Shown here: one piece after another, positions 37,901 through 47,993 of the stretch
Layout of the letters: each line of letters starts with the position of its first letter
Position numbering within the stretch: the stretch's first letter is position 1
Assembly (NCBI GenBank): GCA_964187785.1
Contig: OZ076409.1
Span: 85,500,001 to 85,564,000 of the forward strand
Direction: 5' to 3'
DNA length: 64,000 bases
Source: Amphiscolops sp. MND2022
Taxonomy: Eukaryota
The notes under the pieces: model-generated
The model's database searches: none
What the model was told of the DNA's origin: nothing
The model's input: only the letters and a program-made list of their open reading frames with translations
Program-made: the position numbers and the translations under genes

Positions 37901-40900
37901 GTTACTCAAATCTAAGATGTTAGACATCAAATGAGCAAAAAAAACTTTCAAGGCTAAATGTGCGCCTACGACGAGAACTCACATCAAGCGACAACTCATA
38001 ACAGGCGACAAGTTTCCATGAAATTTAGTTTTAAAACGGCAATTTTTTGTCGTGAATGGCATTAAATGGTCCAAAAGTTTCCTGAATAGCTGGCATGCCT
38101 GTTATTAAGCCAACGCTTGAGGTAACATTAAGTTACGAGACGATGTACAACAAAGGCATAACAGTCAAGAATCGTTCGCACCTTTCTAATCAAGTTGATT
38201 TTTATTTTTCTAACCAACTGACCAGAGGGTTTGGTAAACGGTTAACTGTCGGCCAGTTTTACGCTAAACATTGGCCTCACAAAAGTTGGTTGTCGTGATT
38301 AATTTACCTTGATGATGTAATTCGTTCCAGAGACAATTTGTTTAGCGTAAGAAATGGCGTTGAACTTCTCGGTCTCTTCCTCCAGATTATCTTTGATTTG
38401 TTCCTCGAGAGATGCCAGAAGGGTTATGACTTCGTCATCAGCATCTTTTGTCTCTCCAAAGGCACCAGGGCTGAAAAAAGTTGTTTAATCAAATCTTATG
38501 CGATCAGTCGTTCTAACTTCGTAGTTCACAGTCATTGAACGTCCCTAAGGGACTTCTAAAAGAATTTAAATAATTTTTCCCATTTTCTCATTGCCAGAGT
38601 TATTGATGTTACTTCGATGGCATTCTATATCCAGACGGAATTTCAATTTTCAAGTATCTGATTGATGTCAGTGGCAACGAATTATGACTCCACGAATTGA
38701 TCTAATTTTTTCGTGCTGTTCATATGGTATCAATAACATTGATATGTAAAGATAGTAAACTTGGGTTATCAATACTGAAATGGTTTTCGTTTGAAAGTTT
38801 TGGGGCATTAAAGACACATAACGAATAGATATTCTCAAATTCAACAATTTAAATGATTTTAGAAGTTAAATAACCTGATTCTCACAGCCAAATTTAGCTT
38901 TGAAAATCAGGTTATTTGATTTCTAAAATCATTTAAACCAATTGATATATCAAATTCTCTCAACAGTTGCCTTTTTTGGTGATTTTGGTTTTTGCAACAG
39001 ATTGCTCACTTGCAGATGGTTAAACGACGACGTTTTCTGGATTGCTTCCGCAAATTAGCACATCCTAACTGCATTTCTCGATTCAAGCAAGACTGGTTAG
39101 ATAGCAGAGAACTCAAATTACAATGTAATTTCTAATTAGCTTAAGCTAGTTGCCGTAATTCACGCATGTTGGTATTGGTAATAATCAAGACCGGCTAGAT
39201 TAAAAGCAGCACTTAATTACAAGCCGAGGCGGCTTTTACGAATGGTTCATTTCGTGCTGTAATCTGTTAAAATATTGCTATTGTCTCATATCTTCAGCTT
39301 GGATTTCCATCTATCCCAAAATTCAGGACGTGTTTTTTATTATTTTCCGCCCATATTTCATATGGGAAAGGAAAATATTTAAATCAAACGGGTTTTTTTT
39401 ACAAAATTTGCCAAGAAATATTGTTTACGTAATATGAAGAAGTACATTCACAGAATTCAACTGACATCAATTTAGTTCCATGCGATATGTATTTGTAAAG
39501 ATTTTAGGACTTTTTTGGGAATGACGGAAATGACCCCATAATGACCCAAAAATGACCCCGAAAATGACAAAAATTCAAAACTTTCCCAATTTTCACCGTT
39601 TTCATTCATTTTTTGCCATTTTTTCGATAAACATCGTCGATTAGAATGTTGAAAACGTTCAACAAGGCACGAATTCGTTGTCCAATAGTATTCTGAAGAG
39701 ATACATGCGGTTTTCTAAAAGAAAAATTACCAAAAAAATGACAAAAATTCCAAATTTTTTTTGACTTTCAACGTTTTAATACAACTTTTGTCATTTTTTC
39801 GATAAACATCGTGGATTAGAATGTTGAAAACGTTCAACAAGGCACGAATTCGTTGTCCAATAGTATTCTTTAAGGAGATAAATGCGTTTTTTCAAAAAAA
39901 TTACCCCAAAAATGATAAAAAAAATTCCAAAATTTTTCGATTTTTAACGTTTTTATGCAATTTTTGTCAAATTTTCGATAGACTTCGTGGATTAGAATGT
40001 TGAAAACGCTCAACGTGACAGAAATGGCAGGAATTCGTTGTCCAGTATGCTTTTCCGAAGAGATAATGACTGTTTTCTAAATGAAAAATATATCAAATTC
40101 AAACCGAAAATGACAAAAAACCCAAAATTTTCCAAATTTCAAAGTTTTTATGCAATTTTTGTCAAATTTTCGACAGACTTCGTAGATTGGAATGTTGAAA
40201 AGAGTCAACAAGGAACAAATTTGTTGTCCAGTAGTCTTTTTCGAAGAGATTTGGGGCGGAAAATATCCCGCTGGTCCGCGGGCGTCTTGTTTGATATGGT
40301 AAATTTTTTGTTTGATATGGTAAATTTTTTGCAAATTTTTCCTTGAACAAAAATTGTTAATTTCACTTTTTGATTTTGGAATTGGCTTCCAAATAAACTC
40401 ACGGTGGTGGTGGTGGTGAACGATAGCTTGGTTTTGAAGAAATTGGTTTGAGTTCATCTTCCAGTGACTTCCCAATTTCGTGAGAAACCAATTCTGGGTC
40501 TTTCTCAGTGTGAGGCAAGGGCTCAAACACCAAAGCGTGCAAGTAGCCGTCGTCATATTCAACCTAAAAACAAACGAAACTATTCACATTTGACACGAAA
40601 CATTTGACACATCTTGAAATTTTCAGCTTCGAACTAAATGCTCACCTTGATTAGATAATTTGTTCCAGCCACAACTTGAGTCTTGAAGCTGATTGCTTCA
40701 AAAGTATCGAAAGACTTTCCAACTTTTTCTTCCAAGGTGGTTCGAACCTTCTCCAAGACTTCTTTAACTTTGTCATCAGCATCTTTGGTTTCACCGAATG
40801 CACCAACTAAGGGCCTAGAAATAGAGCATAGCTGAATGAAACGTAATGCATTACGATCGAACTTTAAAGCAATATTTTTTGCCCTTTTCGAAAAAAGTTG

Positions 40901-42229
40901 AACATTGTTCAAATTGAAGCCACACAGAAGGTATACAAAAGCTTTATAGATTCAGCCCGCATTTTTCAATAACGAAAAATTTCAAACGCTTTCGAAATCG
41001 AACAGGCGAATTTATTGACAGTTCATAGCCAAGTTGGTTTTTTGTTGAGGAGCATTTAAAAAAATGAAACAAACCCAAATACCGACCCAACAGGTACTAT
41101 TGCTAACTAACCTTTTTGGAGGAAGTTCGCCGCAATCACAGCAGGAATGTCCAGGCCCTGGCTTAGGGCCAACGAAAGGAGGTGGTACTGGTTTCTGTTT
41201 ACCGGGTTGCCCGGGTTTTGGTTTCGGGCCAATCATAGCAGGTAAAGGCACTGGCTTATGTTTTCCGTGGTGTCCATGGATTGGCTTGGGCTCGATAGCA
41301 GCAGGTAGTGTTACTGGCCTATGTTTACCAACTTGAACCAGTTCATCTTCCAGCTTTTTACCACTTTCGTATCCTGTCAGCGACGGATCAACGTCTTCTG
41401 ATTTAACGTAGATTTGAATGTGCATGTATCCATCATCAGTTTCCGCCTGAAATAACATGCATAAGTTGAAATAGTATAGTAAAGAATGATGAAAAGTTGC
41501 ACCAGATAGAAAATGTCTGGTCTAAGGGCTTTGAACAGCCATTACTTTACAATCTCAGTGCTCATAAACTATAGTTTATGAGCACTAAGGTTGGCCTATA
41601 GGCCACAAAAATTAGCGTCGCTGCTCTTCTTGTAAAAATTTCATTTTCATGCTCAAAAGGGCATCAGTTATCGAATTTTGGAAAAATAATTGAAACGAAC
41701 TGTTCTTTATTCATTTGAAGGTAGTAACATTAAGAAATTGCAGTGACCTTAACTGGAACCAACCCAAAGCTAAAAATCTCTACGCTGATTTTGGATATTG
41801 AAGATTTAAGGGTATATTTTTAGGCACAGAAAGTTACCAACTGAAGGCTTTGATTTTAATAAGTAATTCAAGACGATGCAGTAGAAAATAGAATGCGGTC
41901 TTTCGCACCATGCATTTAGATATGCAAAGATTTCAGTTGCAGCTTCAATTTCTCCCACTTTCAAAATTTTTCTAAATTTGACTTACTTTGATGAGATAGT
42001 TGAAACCATTAACGACTTGTTTGGAGTACTTCACAGCTTCGAACTTCTCGAATTCTTTGTCTTCTTTTCCCTCTATTTCAGACTGCACCTTCTCCAAAAT
42101 CTCCTGAACTGTATCGTCTGCATCTTGAACTTCTCCGAATCCCCCCACCATGGGTTTGCAGCTCGCAAGTTTGAAGTTTTGGGCGCAAAGCGCTAATAAA
42201 ACGCCCAACAAAACACTTCTCGAAATCAT
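25979..42229 (-). CDS. Secreted multidomain stefin (cystatin A/B-like) protein: signal peptide + 7 stefin domains, 14 exons, 820 aa
   Basis: Exons (minus strand): 42229-41987, 41446-41112, 40814-40646, 40563-40403, 38470-38308, 34610-34468, 33713-33533, 32894-32752, 31923-31755, 31477-31347, 27966-27798, 27192-27053, 26817-26643, 26119-25979. All junctions are GT-AG with phases alternating 0/2, giving a 2463-nt open frame. QxVxG motifs: QVVNG, QVVAG, QIVSG, QTVAG, QVVAG, QTVSG, QVVAG. Stefin-type TNY/F-x-IKV, YLHxxVF-x-PLPH and K-x-x-EDxL motifs. Hydrophobic N-terminus MISRSVLLGVLLALCA. Confidence 0.88.
29676..30572. mobile_element. Non-autonomous hAT-like element
   Basis: TIRs CAGGGGTTAGCAATCAATTAA / TTAATTGATTGCTTTGCCCTG; exact 8-bp TSD GTTGTCAA (29668-29675, 30573-30580); no transposase ORF. 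Confidence 0.88.
30906..30987. repeat. ~82-bp imperfect palindrome
   Basis: TTGAGTAGCATGCCATTAAGAA...TTCTCAATGGCATGCTGCTCAA around a perfect core AATTAGCATAATTATGCTAATT. Confidence 0.75.
32096..32406 (+). mobile_element. Helentron/DINE-1-like element, family A, with internal 22-bp tandem repeat
   Basis: TTTTTAGCCGGCGC...GCCCGACT head; about 5 copies of AACGTTTTCAAAGTTCGGATAT; tail GGCGCCGACTTGGGCTCTTCCCGGCTTGTT. Confidence 0.75.
34620..37876 (-). mobile_element. Helentron/DINE-1-like element, family B (long copy with internal ~180-bp tandem units)
   Basis: Reverse complement begins TTATTTTCCGCCCATATTTCATATGGGAAAGGAAAATA and ends GCGGAAAATATCCCGCTGCTCAGCGGGCGTCTTGTT; homologous to 39338-40291 and 43583-46064. 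Confidence 0.75.
38848..38937. repeat. ~90-bp near-perfect hairpin in multistefin intron 4
   Basis: TTTAAATGATTTTAGAAGTTAAATAACCTGATT ... AATCAGGTTATTTGATTTCTAAAATCATTTAAA. Confidence 0.8.
39338..40291 (+). mobile_element. Helentron/DINE-1-like element, family B (short copy)
   Basis: Head TATTTTCCGCCCATATTTCATATGGGAAAGGAAAATA; about 3-4 tandem ~180-bp units (GATTAGAATGTTGAAAACG...); tail GGGCGGAAAATATCCCGCTGGTCCGCGGGCGTCTTGTT. Confidence 0.78.
41557..41586. repeat. Perfect 30-bp palindrome
   Basis: AGTGCTCATAAACTATAGTTTATGAGCACT equals its own reverse complement. Confidence 0.9.
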
Positions 42230-42430
42230 GGTCAGTGAAGTTTCAACTGAACTGTCGTAACAGAACAGAGTTAGAATTCAGTGCAAATTTGGTATCTGGT
42301 TTTGCTCAAACGTACAACTCGTCTTCAGTAATGCAGAAACAGCAATGATTTGATCTTAATCTTGTCGCTCGTATTTGAAGCTTTTTATCGTACTCGTAAT
42401 GTTTGTCACTCGTTTATCTTCTTGGCCCGC

Positions 42431-42852
42431 TTACGTCACAGAAAGTTCTTACGTCATAGTATAATTAGAGGTCACAACATGACCACTAAATAAGGTTAGA
42501 CGACAGAGGCAAGCAAGTGAGTTTGCACTTTAATCAGAAAAGCTGAAGAATAAACGAAGTGATTCAAGTTGAATCAGAATGAAAGGCCTTGAAAACAAGT
42601 TGATTAGCGAGTTGATCCCTATGCCCCAAGCGATTTTGGTTCAGTTCCCGAAAATATGCGTTTCCGACATTTTGCAAGGAAAAGACATTCAATAAATGGC
42701 CAAAACTGGAATTCACGGTATTTTCCATAAATGCCGGAAAAAATATTCAAAATTATGAGGTGGAGTTCTTTACAAAATTGATACCATTCAAAACGTAAAC
42801 AAAGTTTGGTGACGACAAATGTCCTCTTAAACATCACGTGTTAAGTCACGTG
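42431..42852 (-). promoter_or_regulatory. Candidate promoter motifs of the multistefin gene: paired TGACGTAA (bZIP) sites and paired TCACGTG E-boxes
   Basis: TTACGTCA at 42431 and 42449; TCACGTG at 42834 and GTCACGTG at 42845; 200-620 bp upstream of the ATG. Confidence 0.35.
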
Positions 42853-43582
42853 CCTGGTTTTCCAGCCTTCCCGAAAGTTGCGAATTAGTGAATTCGATGA
42901 CCACTAATATTTGGTCTTGGGAAAACCGAGATCATAAATATTCGCTATATAAATGAAGCCATTTGACATGTTCGCTACATTTCTAAAACACGATCAAGTT
43001 GACGGTGTCCAATCAATTCCATTCTTTAAGTATGCAAAAGTCTTGTTCGAAAGTAAGTCATACGTTCGTGCCAATACCATTTTAATTCCAGTTTCAATTT
43101 GAGCAGGAAACGTCGTCCTGTGGAGAAGAATTTCATTTGATACGACTGAAGAAAAAGTTTCGGAACAAATACCAAGAGATATATCCGACAATTCTGGAAA
43201 ACAGTTTCCACCGATCAATAAACGCCAACGCCACATCTCCGAACTGAATGCATTCAGGTTGATTTCGCAGCGAGGTGCAATTCCGGGTTGACCGGACATG
43301 TAGTTCATGCAATGTTTCCATATATGGAAACAAGTTGCTTTAAATATAAATCAATTTATGATTACATTATGCCGAATTGGGATCCCATTGCAGCCCATCA
43401 ATGTGCTATCGATGGATCATTGCATCACCATCGATAAACTGTTGATATGGCCACCGACTTTGTTTTCACTATAGACTATCGATGCGCCGTCGATGGAAAC
43501 GTTTTCAGATGGATGGACCATCGGTGTACCACGGTTGGTCATGTATGCAAGCTCACGATATCTTCATGTTTTATTAAACGAT

Positions 43583-46064
43583 TATCATTTTCCTCCCATA
43601 TTTCATATGGGAAAGGAAAAGATTTAACCCAAACGGTTTTTTTTTACAAAACTTGCCAAGCACAAAATTTATATTTAAAATTAAGGTTGTTACCCATAAA
43701 ATTCAACTCACATAAATTTACCTTCGTGCGATGTGTATTTGTGGAGAATTCTGGAATTTCTAAACTGACCCAAGGACCCCAGAATGACCCAAAAAGACCC
43801 AAAAATGACCCCAAAAAGAGAAAATTTCCAATATTTTACGTTTTAATGCAATTTTTGTCAATTTTTCGATAGATGTCGTGGATTAGAATGTTGAAAAGGT
43901 TCAACAAGGCAAGAATTCGTTGTTCAGTAGTCGTTTATGAAGAGATAAATGCGGTTTTGTTGGAAAGAAAAAGACCCAAAAATGAAAACCCCCCAACCAA
44001 ATTGGGTGGGCGGAAATAGGTCGAAGGAACGGGATCGAAAATCAGAGTTAGTCCTCAGGTCGACAGTACCAAATTTTTGAATGGGATCGAAACAACTCGG
44101 ATCGAAATTTTTATAACGTAGTCAGATATGTTCACATACCCCTAGTGCCCTGAATGCAGGAGCGAAGCGAAGCGAAGCGGAGCGACGTGCCATATGGCCA
44201 TGCCTCAATGTTGCTACTTGGCGAAGGGAGCGAAGCGACCGAGCCATACAACAAATACGATAAAATTCGACCGCATTCCATTCGATCCCTGTAATTCGAT
44301 CAAAAGGTTCGACCTCAGTCCTTTCGACCAGAAAAATTCGACCTATTTACAGCCACCCAACCAAATTGTGCAATTTGTGTGCTTTTTGAATCGTTTTGGA
44401 GTCAGAATGTTGGCAAACGTTCAACAAAGACTGAAATCAAAATCTATTGGGCTTTTAAAGGAATATTTGCAGTCTTCGGTTGGAAAATGTCTAAAATATG
44501 ACCGCAAAAAGTTGAAAATGTTGAAAAAATTTGTCGATTTCTGGCAATATCAGTGAATTGTAATTTGAGATTGGAAAATTTCGGTAAAACAAATGCTTCG
44601 GAAATTTCCAGGTGATAAAATTAAATCCGAAGCACGTTCTGTAAGAAAAGGTCTAATTTATGGTCCAAAGGTTCCTCAGAATGACCCAAATATTGGAACA
44701 ATTGAGAATATTCAAGTTTTTTTTACACTTTTTGGCTGTTCTTTGTTCAATTTTTGAGCCAATTCCTTGCACTAAATGGTTTGAAAAACTCAACAATGAC
44801 CAAACCGAGTATCTCCAGTAGGCAATTTTGAAGAGATAACTGCATTGTTTTGTTCAAATTGGCTCAAAAACACCCAAAAATCAATAAAAAAAAAACAAAA
44901 AGCCACGTTGTTTGAAAAACTTATCTCACTTTTTGTTCAAACCACGAAAACTGTTGAAGAAAAGATCATCCGATGATCTGAGCGTTTAAACATTAAGGTA
45001 TTCAAAATGCCATTGGAGAAAAAGTGGGATGAAGTTCATCGAGTTTACCACAAAGATGTCAAAATTTCCGAACTTTCTTTGTTTTCGGGAACATAGTCTA
45101 AATTTTGAACCCTTTCCGTAATTTCATTTCAATCAGTGATATCAATAGCTCAGCGTTTACACGTATAGCTACCAGTAGTGTTTCGAAAAGATATCAGAAA
45201 AGTTTATTTGCTCAACGTTCAAAAACTTTACTTGAAAACGTAAATTTCGACCTCATGTCCAATATTTAGTATTCAAAAACCTCCAAGCGAAATCACTAGA
45301 TATGGAGTACACCTTCCAAAGGAAAATGTTTCGAGCTACTTCGTTGATTAGAAAGGTGTAAACATTCATCAACAGCTAAACTCGGTGTCCAAGAGGCCTA
45401 ATTTTGAAACGACATCTGTAGAAGAGTTCCTCAAATTGACTCCAAAGTAATCAAAACAAGTTCGAATTTTGGCACTTCTGGTGAAACTATGTGCAATAAT
45501 ATGACAATTCGGGATCTCTCAGTTTTCCGAAGTTCGCAAAGGACCTAGTTTCAAGCTTTTTTTTCTCTGTGTTAAAAATTACCTCAAGAAATACGCCTGA
45601 GACTACGCCTGAGACGGAAACCACTTTTGCCCAACAGGAATCACAAAAAATCCAAAACTTAAATATTTTTTTTAGGTAAAATTCTATGATGACTAAACAA
45701 GTTTCAGCTCGCAAAACTACTCTTCTCAAGCCGAAATCAGCTATGAAAGCAAGGGGTACTTTTTGACGAAATGAAAATTTCGGAAAGACGCACAGAGTCG
45801 AAAAAAACTGAAAGGAGATAATTTCTACAATCAATTAGAAACCTCGTCAGTTTCATATGATCGAAAGTAACAAAGAAGTAACTCTCAAGCTGAAAAAAAA
45901 ACGAAAAGTGACCAACTATCGCAGGAATAATAAATTATGGGTTTCTTTCAAAATTGGCGAAGATTTCGTTTTTATAGTGCATTGGCTCTTCTTGAGCCTC
46001 AAATTTATGTAGTTGTAGAACAGTTTGGGTAGGAAAATATCTCGCTGCTCAGCGGGCGTCTTTT
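43583..46064 (+). mobile_element. Helentron/DINE-1-like element, family B, carrying a nested MULE-like MITE
   Basis: Inverted homolog of 34620-37876 over about 2 kb; same head and CTCGCTGCTCAGCGGGCGTCTT tail. Confidence 0.75.
44004..44358. mobile_element. Mutator-like MITE, copy 2 (inverted relative to copy 1)
   Basis: TIRs GGGTGGGCGGAAATAGGTCGA / TCGACCTATTTACAGCCACCC; exact 9-bp TSD AACCAAATT (43995-44003, 44359-44367). Confidence 0.9.
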
Positions 46065-47993
46065 GAAATCTGTGATTCGCTTTTTCAGCATGAGAAATGC
46101 CGGATTCGATTCAATCCCTAGTCGAGACTGCCGGCTTTTGACATACTGCAGGCCTGTATGCCTTAGTGATATTATTTTACTGAAACCTGGAAAGTTCCGG
46201 GAGCATTCCGTGGTAAATGTCTTAGAATTACTCTGCAGTTTCCATGTGTTGAAACCGAATCCAAAGAAATCCCACGTAGTTGCAGACACGCTCATATTGT
46301 TTTCACAAATCGGCTTCTACACTAATCATTTAGATTGAGATAAAGCTAGTTTGCAGTTTAAAATGTGACTAAAGTCACTTCGTAGTGAAAAGGATCTGAA
46401 GTTGATAACGAGCCTGGTTCAAGTCGTCGGTTTAAATTGTTGGCAAACTTCGAAAATATGCACTCACTCTTCCGTTACAACCATACCAACGTTTTTTGTT
46501 TTCAATATTACGATAAAAGTTGGCAAAAAGTTGAGGGAAAGCCACTTCATCAAGCAACTAAATTCATCAGTTTGCGTTTTTGGCTACCTGATGCAATCTT
46601 ATACATAATATGCAATGTTTGTAACTCATGTGTTTCTTAAAAGTAATCTATACAACAGGTTACCAAATGTTTTCGTACAGCGACTACTTTGATGTTATTC
46701 AGTTCGCTATTCTCAAACTTCTGGTATCCCACTGTTTTCTTTGGAAAAATATGCTCATTGTTTACCGTGCAAGCAATCCTAGTTTTCTATGGTCATTGTA
46801 TGGCTCAACGGAATTGTTACATTACCATTTATGACATTGTATATTGCGTAGAAATATTTATGTAGGTCAACTACCGATGGTCTATTTTGAAGGGAATTAA
46901 ATTTTGAAGGAAATGGAATAAACCTAAATGTTGATCATCAGTTTTTGTTATTTATTGAGCTATCTACTCTCTAGAACTTTTTCTGCAATAATTTTCAAGA
47001 CATGCTTACCTCTGATTAAGAAACTCCAACTTCCGATAACTCGCTGCATCTAAAAGTCGAATCAAAGCGTAAGGAACTGAACTGTTTCTAGAAGCCGTTT
47101 TCTATAAGAAAATGAATCCGACTATTGCAGTTACTCCTTTTTTCCAGACCACAGTGCTCACATTGAACAATCCACTTTTTTAAAACAAACTTCACTCCTG
47201 AGAGTTGAAGGGTGGAAGAAGAAGCTTTTTCACACCCAAAGAAGCTAAAAGATACAACGTCTGAGTATTTCATAGTTTTCTCCTGGAAACTGAATCGAGA
47301 TAAAAGGTCTCCAATAGACTTCTTTCGGCTCTGTCTACTTTTTTCCTAGAAAGTTTTCATACTCCACCAAAGGGCCCCTTTCGTTTTTTTTTGTTTCAGT
47401 TACGACTTTACGTTACGATAGCGTGAAAAATTTCCACTCGGGTTTTTTGGCGCTGTGCAACTTTTTTTGTAAAAACGTTTTTTCCAAGAAATTCTTCACT
47501 AATTGCTTTATTTTTTTAGTTAGAAAAAAGCGTTTCCCAGCTCAAAAGGCTGCCTTTTTAGGAACTTCAGTATCGAAAGATGTTTTCAAAATGCATATTT
47601 TCAGACCTCTGCGCATTTTTAGCTGCAAGCGAGCGCCGCCTTCAGAAATTTCCGTTTTGTTAAAAATATTGTCAAAGTCTCAAAGTATTGAAAAAATAAA
47701 TATAAACGGGAGAAATCTATGAAATAGAAATAGAATGAACTAATTTTTCTTCTGACTACCAATTTTGCTAAAAAAAAAGTCGTGGCCACGAAATTTAATA
47801 AATTTCCTACAGTGCCGAAAAGTATCCTCTGGTTTTCAAAGGCATCTCGAAAAGTGCTGATAGTAGCATTGAATTTGGCAACATGAGAAGTTGACCATGG
47901 CAAAATTGGGTAAAACCAGCGCTGAATATGTGATTAATATTCTAAGTCCGCGCTTTTAGAATAATAGAGCCTGACTATTACAGTCAGTCGTTT

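Noticed and set aside
25979..42229. Cluster of seven separate single-domain stefin genes
   Set aside because: C-half exons 2-12 have strong donors (GTTAGT/GTGAGT/GTAATC) in phase 2 that match the next acceptor, and only one signal peptide exists. One gene is more parsimonious, though short isoforms are not excluded.
42990..43340. Possible Pao integrase C-terminal remnant (minus strand, GDVAL...RWKL.RIV)
   Set aside because: Similarity is too short and degenerate to support without a profile search.
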